Source: Eledone cirrhosa | Lineage: Eukaryota | NCBI GenBank assembly: GCA_964016885.1 | Contig: OZ024744.1 | Span: 35,898,001-35,962,000 of the forward strand | Reading direction: 5' to 3' | Length of the DNA: 64,000 nucleotides | Shown here: piece by piece, positions 51,506 to 64,000 of the stretch | Layout: every line of letters starts with the position of its first letter | Numbering within the stretch: the first letter of the stretch is position 1 | The notes under the pieces: model-generated | Seen by the model: only the letters and a program-made list of their open reading frames with translations | What the model was told of the DNA's origin: nothing | Databases searched by the model: none | Position numbers and translations under genes: made by a program

Positions 51506-52196
51506 ACCCATCTTTTTCCATTCAAATTAGAAGCTACATTCTTAGCAAGTATGTTGACAAGCAAGTTTGTTTTGAAACAGCAAGTGAGTTTGAAATTAGA
51601 GATAGAAGCATTCACCCAAATCAGCTTCGTTTCCTACATCCTCAGCATTTATTTCCTTGATTTTCCTCTTAATGATTTCTACCTCCAAATCAGACATCCA
51701 GCCACTCTTTTCTTATTTCTTTGGCTTAGTCACAAATTCTATCTCTTGTAGTTTCGAATAATCCCCTCTATTTCAGTTCTTCATGAATTCTCTGTCTTTA
51801 ATCTCTAATTAGTGCTCCATAATAACAGAGTTCACTTGTTTACGTCACTTTTGCCTTGTTTCAGAACTAGCAGTAACTAGATTACAACTGGAACCTCCCT
51901 GTTACATAACGGGCACCTGAAGGGTGGAAGCATCTTTATTATCGTTTCCTAGACTATTCACGCCGTTATTTGGATATGCATTTGTTTCAATTTTCCCTCA
52001 AAGCTGAGAGGTGTTTTATGGTTACCACCAACCAGTATTTTTTATTGAAACACCATATCTGGGAGGGTTGTCAACTGCAACTAAGGGGCCACTCCTACCC
52101 ATATGAGATTACTATACCACACCAGACCACAACAACCTGGTTTTTTCTGCCACGGGTACTTGGTATTTGTTTTGGTCGCAGGTTATTATAATTTTA

Positions 52197-52678
52197 ACGG
52201 TGGATTAGGAGTATCGGTAGAGCGTCAGACAACATGCTTTGCAGCATAGAGTTATATCACTTTACGTTCTGAGTTCAAATCCTACCGATGTTAGCTTTGC
52301 CTTTCATCCTTACGGGGTCGATAAAATAAAGTACCAGTATTGCACTGGGGTCTATTTAATCGACTTCCCCCTCTCCCCAAATTGCTGGCCTTGTGCCTAT
52401 AAATCATTATTATTATTATTAATACACTGGGTAATTGCTGGCCTTGTGCCAAAAAGTAGAAACAATTATTATTATTCGCCTTAAGGGCGGTAGATTGGCA
52501 GTATCGGTAGAGGGTCGGACGCCATGCTTTGATGCATAGAGTTACGGCCCTTCTATTCTGAGTTCAAATCCCGCCGAGGTTAACTTTGCCTTTCATCCTT
52601 ACGGGGTCGATAAAATAAAGCACCAGTAACGTACTGGGGTATTTGCTGGTCTTGTGCCAAAAGTAGAAACAATTATTA
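52197..52678 (+). mobile_element. Two SINE copies (52197-52400, 52485-52678) plus tail fragment
   Basis: Similarity to the 417-600 SINE. Confidence 0.85.
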
Positions 52679-52684
52679 TTCGTC

Positions 52685-53260
52685 TTATTCTTTATTGCGT
52701 GTCGTCACTGCATTATCGAGCGCAGTTTTGTGAGCCACGGATATGTGCAGTGCTGTTTCCGGTGTTGTTGTTTCCATTGTTTTGAAAATAGTCTTCGTAA
52801 TGTGTGTGCAGTGCTTAGTGTGCAGTGCCTTTTGTATGATGTATATATCTGTAAGTCCTGGGGTTTTGTTTATGTATTTATCTGAGTTTTTTTTAATCAT
52901 TCCCAGATCATCTATTATTATGGGTATTGTTTCTGGTTTCATCATCCACTTTCAGGTTATTTCTATCTCTAGATCTTTATATTTGGTAAGTTTCTCTATT
53001 TCCTTGGTAGTTATACTGTCATCTTTGAAGATCTTTGAAGTTTTTTCTCTGTGGTATTTGAATATAATATCCGGTTGGTTGGTTTTGATCGCCCTGTCTG
53101 TCTTGTCATATCCCAGAGAATGATTACCTTTGTCATTGTCTGACACATTTATGGTGTATGTCTGTACCATCCTTTTTCTGTTGGTATTTTATATTGGCCT
53201 AACTGGGCAGTCAGAGATGATATAGTTAATGGTTTCTTCCCCTATCATCACATATTCTAC
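52685..53260 (-). pseudogene. R4/Dong-like non-LTR remnant (restriction-like endonuclease C-terminus)
   Basis: TDRAIKTNQPDII, KEIEKLTKYKDLEIEI, TIPIIIDDLGMIKK. Confidence 0.75.
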
Positions 53261-53549
53261 AGTTACTTACTGTAATGAGGATGATGACGATGATGATGAT
53301 GCAGGTGGTGGTGATGATGATGTATGCGGTGGAGATTATGATGTTAATGATGATGATAATGATGATGATGATGATGATGATGATGGTGGTGGTGATGATG
53401 ATGATGGCAATGATGATAACAATGATGATGATGGTGGCCTAGTTTAGTTCACAACAGCGTGGATGTTGTTTACCGCTGACTCCAATTCATCTATTTTCTG
53501 TTTTCGAGGACAGTGACCTTAATTCGATACACTAGGAGCTATTTAAAGA

Positions 53550-55052
<1,503 letters not shown>

Positions 55053-55309
55053 CCCAATTTTATGTGGGGAAATATAAATGTAGTAATATATAATTGCCAA
55101 GTAGTTTAGAAATCAATGTGTTTATATATTAGTCTGAAGAAAAGGGAGGATTTTTTTAGGGAGAAAAAATGGTAGAAGGACAGACATAAATACAGAGCAA
55201 ATATGTAAATCTTTAAATGAGAAGTACGTAGACAATTGATGTTAATATTTCTTTGAACGGTGGGAATGGAATTCTGTTAAAATCTGCTTTAATTAAATAT
55301 TATTTTAAA

Positions 55310-55495
55310 AATTCATCTGAGGAAAGTGCGTTATGTATGAATTTAAATGGTATATATTTAAATTGTTTATATCATTTATAATATGAATTATGTATAATTA
55401 ATATAAATTTTATATGAATTACACATAACACTGTGTCAGTAATTCTATGGTTAATGCTGAGTTTCATAATGCCCTTGAAACATATGTAAAGAATT
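55310..55495 (+). ncRNA. HHR with very long stem II insertion
   Basis: aattcat-CTGAGGA-aagtgcgttatg...(~130 nt)...cataatgccctt-GAAA-CATATG-TA-aagaatt. Confidence 0.7.
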
Positions 55496-55609
55496 AAAAA
55501 TGAGTTAAAAATAATTTTTCCATTTATATATTTCATTTTCTAGTGTTAACCTAATATATTCCTTCCATATACTGTACCGATTGTGTTGTTATTTCTGTCT
55601 ACTTTTTAA

Positions 55610-55780
<171 letters not shown>

Positions 55781-55976
55781 CTATATTTAGAGATATAAAC
55801 TCAAACAGTCTTCTACAATTAATTAGCTCAAAGAAAGAAGCATTTCTGAGCCGTGAAATACAGGCAAACTGTATTAATCTAATTAGTATTTTTTCAATCT
55901 AGCTAACTTGGTCATTTACAAAACAAACGCTTATATGTTTATATTAGTGTTTATCATATATTAATTTATATTAACT

Positions 55977-56065
<89 letters not shown>

Positions 56066-56122
56066 TAATAAGTATACACTCAATAAATATATACAAGAAT
56101 ATACATATATATATATATATAT

Positions 56123-59102
56123 AATTAAGTTAAAAATGTACATCCACATATGTATACTGAAATACTAGTATGCATATGAATACACACACGTATACATATG
56201 TAGATGTACCGATTTTTTCACTGGTCACTTTACTGTGAGTGACCAGCTATTCTGTATGTAAACACACAGACAAACCGGTTTTTAGAGTCATACTGGTTTT
56301 TGAGGAAACACCTTTCCTCTATTCTCCAGAAAGCCAGACAAGGAATATTGAACTAGTTTCGTTGTTGTTACAACTCATCAGCAATATTTACCTATCTTCC
56401 GGCCTTTCTAGAGAATCGTAAAAGCACATATCGTTATATGCTTTTTCTTTGAAAATTAGTAGTGGGCAGACTAATTTGCATAGAGCGTGAGTACGTACCG
56501 GTTCAACGGAGACGATAAAAACAAATAACGAAACGAAATTAAATTTCGTTTCGTTTGTAACTCACTTTCGTATGACTGACGCTTAAACAATTAAGTTAAA
56601 AATGTACATCCACATATGTATACTGAAATACTAGTATGCATATGAATACACACACGTATACATATGTAGATGTACCGATTTTTTCACTGGTCACTTTACT
56701 GTGAGTGACCAGCTATTCTGTATGTAAACACACAGACAAACCGGTTTTTAGTTTCGTTTCGTTATTTGTTTTTATCGTCTCCGTTGAACCGGTACGTACT
56801 CACGCTCTATGCAAATTAGTCTGCCCACTACTAATTTTCAAAGAAAAAGCATATAACGATATGTGCTTTTACGATTCTCTAGAAAGGCCGGAAGATAGGT
56901 AAATATTGCTGATGAGTTGTAACAACAACGAAACTAGTTCAATATTCCTTGTCTGGCTTTCTGGAGAATAGAGGAAAGGTGTTTCCTCAAAAACCAGTAT
57001 GACTCTAAAAACCGGTTTGTCTGTGTGTTTACATACAGAATAGCTGGTCACTCACAGTAAAGTGACCAGTGAAAAAATCGGTACATCTACATATGTATAC
57101 GTGTGTGTATTCATATGCATACTAGTATTTCAGTATACATATGTGGATGTACATTTTTAACTTAATTGTTTAAGCGTCAGTCATACGAAAGTGAGTTACA
57201 AACGAAACGAAATTTAATTTCGTTTCGTTATTTGTTTTTATCGTCTCCGTTGAACCGGTACGTACTCACGCTCTATGCAAATTAGTCTGCCCACTACTAA
57301 TTTTCAAAGAAAAAGCATATAACGATATGTGCTTTTACGATTCTCTAGAAAGGCCGGAAGATAGGTAAATATTGCTGATGAGTTGTAACAACAACGAAAC
57401 TAGTTCAATATTCCTTGTCTGGCTTTCTGGAGAATAGAGGAAAGGTGTTTCCTCAAAAACCAGTATGACTCTAAAAACCGGTTTGTCTGTGTGTTTACAT
57501 ACAGAATAGCTGGTCACTCACAGTAAAGTGACCAGTGAAAAAATCGGTACATCTACATATGTATACGTGTGTGTATTCATATGCATACTAGTATTTCAGT
57601 ATACATATGTGGATGTACATTTTTAACTTAATTGTTTAAGCGTCAGTCATACGAAAGTGAGTTACAAACGAAACGAAATTTAATTTCGTTTCGTTATTTG
57701 TTTTTATCGTCTCCGTTGAACCGGTACGTACTCACGCTCTATGCAAATTAGTCTGCCCACTACTAATTTTCAAAGAAAAAGCATATAACGATATGTGCTT
57801 TTACGATTCTCTAGAAAGGCCGGAAGATAGGTAAATATTGCTGATGAGTTGTAACAACAACGAAACTAGTTCAATATTCCTTGTCTGGCTTTCTGGAGAA
57901 TAGAGGAAAGGTGTTTCCTCAAAAACCAGTATGACTCTAAAAACCGGTTTGTCTGTGTGTTTACATACAGAATAGCTGGTCACTCACAGTAAAGTGACCA
58001 GTGAAAAAATCGGTACATCTACATATGTATACGTGTGTGTATTCATATGCATACTAGTATTTCAGTATACATATGTGGATGTACATTTTTAACTTAATTG
58101 TTTAAGCGTCAGTCATACGAAAGTGAGTTACAAACGAAACGAAATTTAATTTCGTTTCGTTATTTGTTTTTATCGTCTCCGTTGAACCGGTACGTACTCA
58201 CGCTCTATGCAAATTAGTCTGCCCACTACTAATTTTCAAAGAAAAAGCATATAACGATATGTGCTTTTACGATTCTCTAGAAAGGCCGGAAGATAGGTAA
58301 ATATTGCTGATGAGTTGTAACAACAACGAAACTAGTTCAATATTCCTTGTCTGGCTTTCTGGAGAATAGAGGAAAGGTGTTTCCTCAAAAACCAGTATGA
58401 CTCTAAAAACCGGTTTGTCTGTGTGTTTACATACAGAATAGCTGGTCACTCACAGTAAAGTGACCAGTGAAAAAATCGGTACATCTACATATGTATACGT
58501 GTGTGTATTCATATGCATACTAGTATTTCAGTATACATATGTGGATGTACATTTTTAACTTAATTGTTTAAGCGTCAGTCATACGAAAGTGAGTTACAAA
58601 CGAAACGAAATTTAATTTCGTTTCGTTATTTGTTTTTATCGTCTCCGTTGAACCGGTACGTACTCACGCTCTATGCAAATTAGTCTGCCCACTACTAATT
58701 TTCAAAGAAAAAGCATATAACGATATGTGCTTTTACGATTCTCTAGAAAGGCCGGAAGATAGGTAAATATTGCTGATGAGTTGTAACAACAACGAAACTA
58801 GTTCAATATTCCTTGTCTGGCTTTCTGGAGAATAGAGGAAAGGTGTTTCCTCAAAAACCAGTATGACTCTAAAAACCGGTTTGTCTGTGTGTTTACATAC
58901 AGAATAGCTGGTCACTCACAGTAAAGTGACCAGTGAAAAAATCGGTACATCTACATATGTATACGTGTGTGTATTCATATGCATACTAGTATTTCAGTAT
59001 ACATATGTGGATGTACATTTTTAACTTAATTGTTTAAGCGTCAGTCATACGAAAGTGAGTTACAAACGAAACGAAATTTAATTTCGTTTCGTTATTTGTT
59101 TT
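56123..59102 (+). mobile_element. Retrozyme-like tandem array 2: inverted arm of 1.35 units (56123-56749) plus 5.0 x 466 bp
   Basis: Identical units at 466 bp spacing; ~3-4% diverged from array 1; (TA)n flanks. Confidence 0.92.
56902..56946 (+). ncRNA. Type I HHR, GUU site (also 57368, 57834, 58300, 58766 plus; 56344-56388 minus)
   Basis: aatattg-CTGATGA-gttgt aaca acaac-GAAA-CTAG-TT-caatatt. Confidence 0.93.
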
Positions 59103-59379
59103 TATATATATATATATATATATAAAAAAGTTCAAGACTCCGACGGCAGAGCTCAAGCTGTTTCGACGGCTATTTCTGGAGTCCAGAAATAGCCGTCAAA
59201 ACGGCTTGAACTTTTTCCTATTACCCACTCTACTACCCTAAGTATTGAGTACTCTGGTACGCCTGGTTCCTTACCACACTTACTTCGTTTTATATATATA
59301 TATATATGGTCCAGAAATAGCCGTCGAAACGGCTTCAGCTCTGCCATCGGGGTCATATCTTTTCCTATATATATATATA

Positions 59380-60240
59380 TAATTACAACAGTGACATAAA
59401 CATGTACTCAAGTTTCGTTGGGTTCTGGGTCCCAATTCATTCAGCCTGTCATGAGAAAATAAAAACAAAGTTGACCGCCTAGGGTTGATTGTGCTTTCCT
59501 TATAGGAATATAACAAAAGAGTTCATGCAGGGGCAGGTAATTTCGAAAAAAGTATAGAAAAAGGGGTTATTTAAAAAAAAGGGTAAGATCAAGGGAAGTA
59601 AATATTGCGAGACCACAGTCACTTTTGAATGAAAATAGAAGCACAATAATTTCTTCTAGTTGACCCCAAAGATCCAATTCCACTGAATTACGATATAGTC
59701 AGTAAATCAAAAGAAACTTCAGGACCTGTTAGAAGGCCTAAAACATTTATACAAAATATATTTCTTCACATGGGTACAACCGCCAAAGTTATCGTGCCGT
59801 GTGTTGAGGCAGTGCTTATCTGAAGCTAATCCACCATTTTTCGGAATTACAAAATCGACAAAATTTCGACCCATTTACGTAGACGGTAGATCTTTCCAAA
59901 ATTCGCCATTTGATAGAAAAGAGCGTGTCGTTGTTCTTGAGGTCCCATACGTGGTTTGCGAGCTGGATGGTATGTATTTTGTCGGGATATCTGAATGTTG
60001 TTTCGTGATTCAGTACCGGTTTTTAAACCGGCTATCTGACATACCAACATAGGTCCTGGCTTCAGTTTGGTGGTTCTGCTTGGTGGACATGTTTCAGGTC
60101 TTCTACATGATCATCCGTACGTTGAAGGGCGTTTGTGTTTGCCGGTGATATAGGCTAGTACATTGTTGGTGCAAGAGTATCCTATTTTTACTGTATGGCG
60201 ATTAAATATCTTTCGGTATTTATGGCCAACAGGGAAATGA
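59380..60240 (-). mobile_element. PLE 3' remnant (Hydra-like group) with decayed HHR at 59400-59449
   Basis: Minus translation FPVGHKYRKIFNRHTVKIGYSCTNNV, YVGMSDSRFKNRY; acagg-CTGAATGA-a ttggg..cccaa c-GAAA-CTTGAG-TA-catgt. Confidence 0.75.
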
Positions 60241-60252
60241 AGATCTATCTAC

Positions 60253-60332
<80 letters not shown>

Positions 60333-60346
60333 ATTTCTATCTATCT

Positions 60347-62364
60347 ATGCCGACCAGGTCCATACACGACAACCTCCACCCCATGCGATACATCATAGAG
60401 AGGGTAGGGTGTAAACCCGACTTCGGTGGGACCCTGATCAACTTGGATCAGTCTAAGGCTTTCGATAGGGTTGACCATCGTTACCTCGATGCGGTGCTCG
60501 AGGCGGCAGGCTTCGGACCCGTGTTTAGGGGCTGGATTGCTGCAATGCACAACAGCAACATCTGCTCAAGGGTCAAGGTGAACGGCTACCTCTCGGAGCC
60601 GTTCTATATTACGCGATCCATTCGACAGGGATGCCCTCTCTCCTCCCTTCTGTACGTACTGACTCTCGAGCCACTACTGCGGAAGTTGGAGCTATTGCAG
60701 GGCATCCCTCTGGAACCAGGACTGCGGAAAGCAGCGTCGGCCTACGCCGACGACGTGACAGTAATGGTGTCGAGCGCCTCGAAAATCGAGGAAGTCGGCA
60801 CCTTACTGAAGGAATGCGAAAGTTTCATGGGAGTGAAGCTGAACCGGGACAAGTCCATCGGTTTGCAACTCGGATCGTGGAGAGGCAAACCGATGCCTTC
60901 CGATGGCGTCGTCGGACGCTGGACGGACGGACCGGTAAAGCTGCTCGGGGTCTGGTTTGGTCCGGACCTCCAGGTGGAGAAGAACTGGAACGAAGTGACG
61001 GCCAAGGTGTTTGCACTCACCCAGAAGTGGGCCGAGTGCAAACTATCCTTGAAAGGTCGAGCGGAGGTGGCGAACACTTTTATAGCGTCCGCCATCTACT
61101 ACCGCTTGACCGTCGTGCCTTGTCCAGCCAAAACGCTCGCCAAAATGGAGCGCGCGCTCTTCCGATTCCTTTGGAAGAGGCGGGCTCCTTTGGTGAGAAG
61201 ATCCATCTGCTGCCAACACCCTTCTAACGGAGGGCTGGGGATGCCGTGGTTGACGATGCGCAAACACGCGCTCAGGCTGCGGCATCTCTACGTATTCCTC
61301 ACCGGACAACCGGTGTGGGCCCCGTTCGTGAGGCGAGCCTTCCCACGACTCGTCTCGCTGACCGAGCTGCAGTCCTGGGTCAAGCAAAGACCGAGGAAAA
61401 TGGGCGACTGGCACATCGAATGTGCTCAGGCGCTCACAGCCCTCTGGCAGGCGGACCCGGCGATCAGTGGAGACTCCACTTCGTCATTCTATAGAGGGTT
61501 GGTCCGCAGCAAGTGCGACGACGCGCTCGGTGAAACTCTAGGCGTAGAGGAAGATGAACTGGCCAGTCTGTTCGGTAGGACCTTCCGCCCGGGACCGATG
61601 GACAACTTCCAAAAGTCCCTGGCCTGGCAGTGATACCGAGGAGCTCTACCAGTTCGAGACAAGCTCTACAGACATGGGCGCCCGGGCAGGGACCCTGCAA
61701 AAAAGATCTGTCCGAGGTGCGTGCGAGACGAAGAAACCGTCGCGCACGCATTCATACACTGCCCGGGCGTCACTGAGCTGTGGGGCTATGTAGAACGACT
61801 ATTGTCGCGGGTGGGACCAATCCAGTTGACCACCGAGTCCATTGTCATGATCAAACCGCCACCCTCCTTCAAAAACGAAGGAGAGGCGGTTTTCCTTTGT
61901 GTGATAGCTATGGCGAAAGAGGTTGTATGGTGGACAAGGTTGAAAGGGCTGAGGTCAGACACCTTTCTCTCCGGCCAACAACTGATTCTTTTTTTCAAAT
62001 ACCACTTTGGAAGAAGAATCAGGATGGAGAGAGAGGTGCTGTACCACAGCAAGTTTTATGAAAGGTGGGTGAAAGTGGCGAGAATGGCCCGAGGGAATGG
62101 GCCTTCTCTCTATATCAGCCTGTAGGTTGAGGAAAAGGAGGAGGAGAGGAAAGGAATACAAGCTCTTCGTACTCCCGGAGATGAGAGTTGCACATTTTTT
62201 TTCGGGGGTATGTGTTACCCATATAAACTGTCTCCCTCTATTGGGGAAAATCGACTAACTTTTTAAATTCCATTTGTGATAACATTTTACACGTTTTTAT
62301 TGTATGTAAACTTCCCCCTTTGTATTTGTCCCCTTCTTTTGTGCCCCTGTGGCTAATAAAGAAA
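60347..62364 (+). mobile_element. 5'-truncated young Tx1/L1 LINE (RT + ZnF; one in-frame stop at 61631-61633)
   Basis: LINLDQSKAFDRVDH, IRQGCPLS, AYADDVT, CPRC..ETVAHAFIHC; (TCTA)n both sides. Confidence 0.95.
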
Positions 62365-62390
62365 TATATCTATCTATCTATCTATCTATC

Positions 62391-63957
62391 TGCTACTTGA
62401 CTCCAAGCAGATGTGCGCGGCTTCTCAGCGGCACTTTGCGCGACTATTTGAGAAGAACGACGGTGCACTGAACGGGGCAATGGACTTTGGTTCATACCTC
62501 GACGGCCTGCCACGTCTCTCGAGCATGGAAGCCGAGTTCTGCGAAAGACCTATCACAGCCACTGAGAAAAGTTGGAGAAAAACTGGAACGAGGTCATGGC
62601 CAAGGTATTTGCGCTCACCCAGAAGTGGGCAGAGTGAAAACTGTCTTTGAAAGATCGAGCAGGGGTTGCGAATACTTTCATAGCGTCCGTCATCTACTAC
62701 CGCTTGTCTGTCGTGCCTTGTCCCCGTGAATACCGCACCAAGATGGAACGTATGCTCTTCCAGTTCCAGTGGAAGAAGTAGGCTCCACTGGTGAGGAGAA
62801 CCGTCTGCTATCAACACCCTTCCAACGGAGGGCTGGGCATGCCGTGGCTAATGATGCGCAAAGATGCGCGGAGGCTACGGCATCTCCAGGTATTCCTCAC
62901 CGACCAACCGGTGTGAGCACCGTTCGTGAGACAGGCCTTCTCACAACTTGTCTCGCTGACAGAGCTGCTGTCCTGGGTCAAACGAAGACCGAAGAAGATG
63001 GGCGCCTGGCACATTGAATGCGCCCAGGCGCTCACAGTCCTCTGTCAAGCGGGCACAGCAATCAGTGGAACTCCACTTCGACATTTTATTGAGGGTTAGT
63101 ACTTTACAAGTGCGACGACGTGCTCGGCGAGACTCTAGGCGCCGAAGACGACGAGCTCACCAGTCTGTTCGGTAGGACTTTCCCCCCAGGACCTATGGAC
63201 AACTTCCAGAGTTCCCTGGCCTGGCAGTACTACCGAGGAGCTCTACCCGTTCGAGATAAGATCTACAGGCACGGATGCCCCGGCAGGGATCCTTCCAAGA
63301 GGATGTGTCCAAGGTGCGAGCAGGACATTGAAACCGTCTTGCACGCAATTGTACACTGCCCGGGCGTAAGCAACCTGTGGAACTATGCAGAACAACTGCT
63401 GTCGCGTATGGGACAAATGCAGTTGACTGCCGAGTCCATAGTAAGGATCAAACCGCCAGCCTCTTTCAAAAACGAAAGAGAGGCGGTTTTCCTCTGTACA
63501 GTGGCTATGGTGAAAGAGGTTATATGGTGGACGAGATTGAGAGGACTGAGAACAGATGCCTTTCTCTCCGGACAACAACCGATTCCCTTCTTTAAGTATC
63601 ATTTTAGAAGGAGAATTAGAGTGGAGAGAGAGGCACTGCACCCCAGTAAATTTACTGAAACGTGGGTGAATGAAGCGAAAATGGCCCGAGTGATTGGGCC
63701 TTCTCTGTATATAAGCCTGTAGGTTAAAGAAGAGAGCAAAAGGAAGAAGAGAGCACCTGCACAACACGCTCCTGAAGTTGAGGGTTGTTCTATTGACGGG
63801 GTATTAAACAACCCATTTGTGGTGTTTCCCCACTTTAGGGATTTCGATTTTTATAATTGTTTGTTTTATATTTTTTTTTACACGACTGTATGTAAAATCC
63901 CCGGCATGTGTCTGTGTATTGTCCCCTTTTCATGTGCGCCCTTGTGGCAAATAAAGA

Positions 63958-63958
<1 letters not shown>
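62391..63958 (+). mobile_element. Tx1/L1 LINE, internally deleted
   Basis: Tether region joined at ~62570 to post-RT region; AATAAA + (TCTA)n. Confidence 0.9.

Positions 63959-64000
<42 letters not shown>

Noticed and set aside
53275-53436. Acidic poly-Asp ORF
   Set aside because: (GAT)n microsatellite.
61631-61633. In-frame TGA at a Cys position in LINE ORF2 as possible selenocysteine
   Set aside because: Paralogs at ~39732 and ~46534 have TGC; a single point mutation explains it and no SECIS was identified.

Overview
Eukaryotic, AT-rich, gene-free 64 kb made almost entirely of repeats; the abundant tRNA-derived SINE resembles the one common in octopod (cephalopod) genomes. No host protein gene is supportable. 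Contents: (1) a young Penelope-like element (PLE; RT + C-terminal GIY-YIG) present as a 5.8 kb head-to-head inverted pair with two intact ORFs, plus older PLE fragments; (2) eight decayed Tx1/L1-type LINE copies, mostly chained through (TCTA)n; (3) a Helentron/DINE-like element with minisatellites, a 2A-like ORF and a captured PHD fragment; (4) SINEs, R4-like remnants, one tRNA-like gene and many microsatellites. The main result is a large set of type I hammerhead ribozyme (HHR) motifs (about 25 copies, at least 10 unrelated sequence families) in non-coding elements sitting in (TA)n. Two 465/466-bp tandem arrays carry one canonical HHR per unit, with a compensatory stem II change between arrays (retrozyme-like, probably circRNA-templated). 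About ten inserts share one geometry with the autonomous PLE: two divergent arms with 3' ends outward, one arm carrying a 45-115 nt extra tail. All structures were read by eye; no folding or database search was run.
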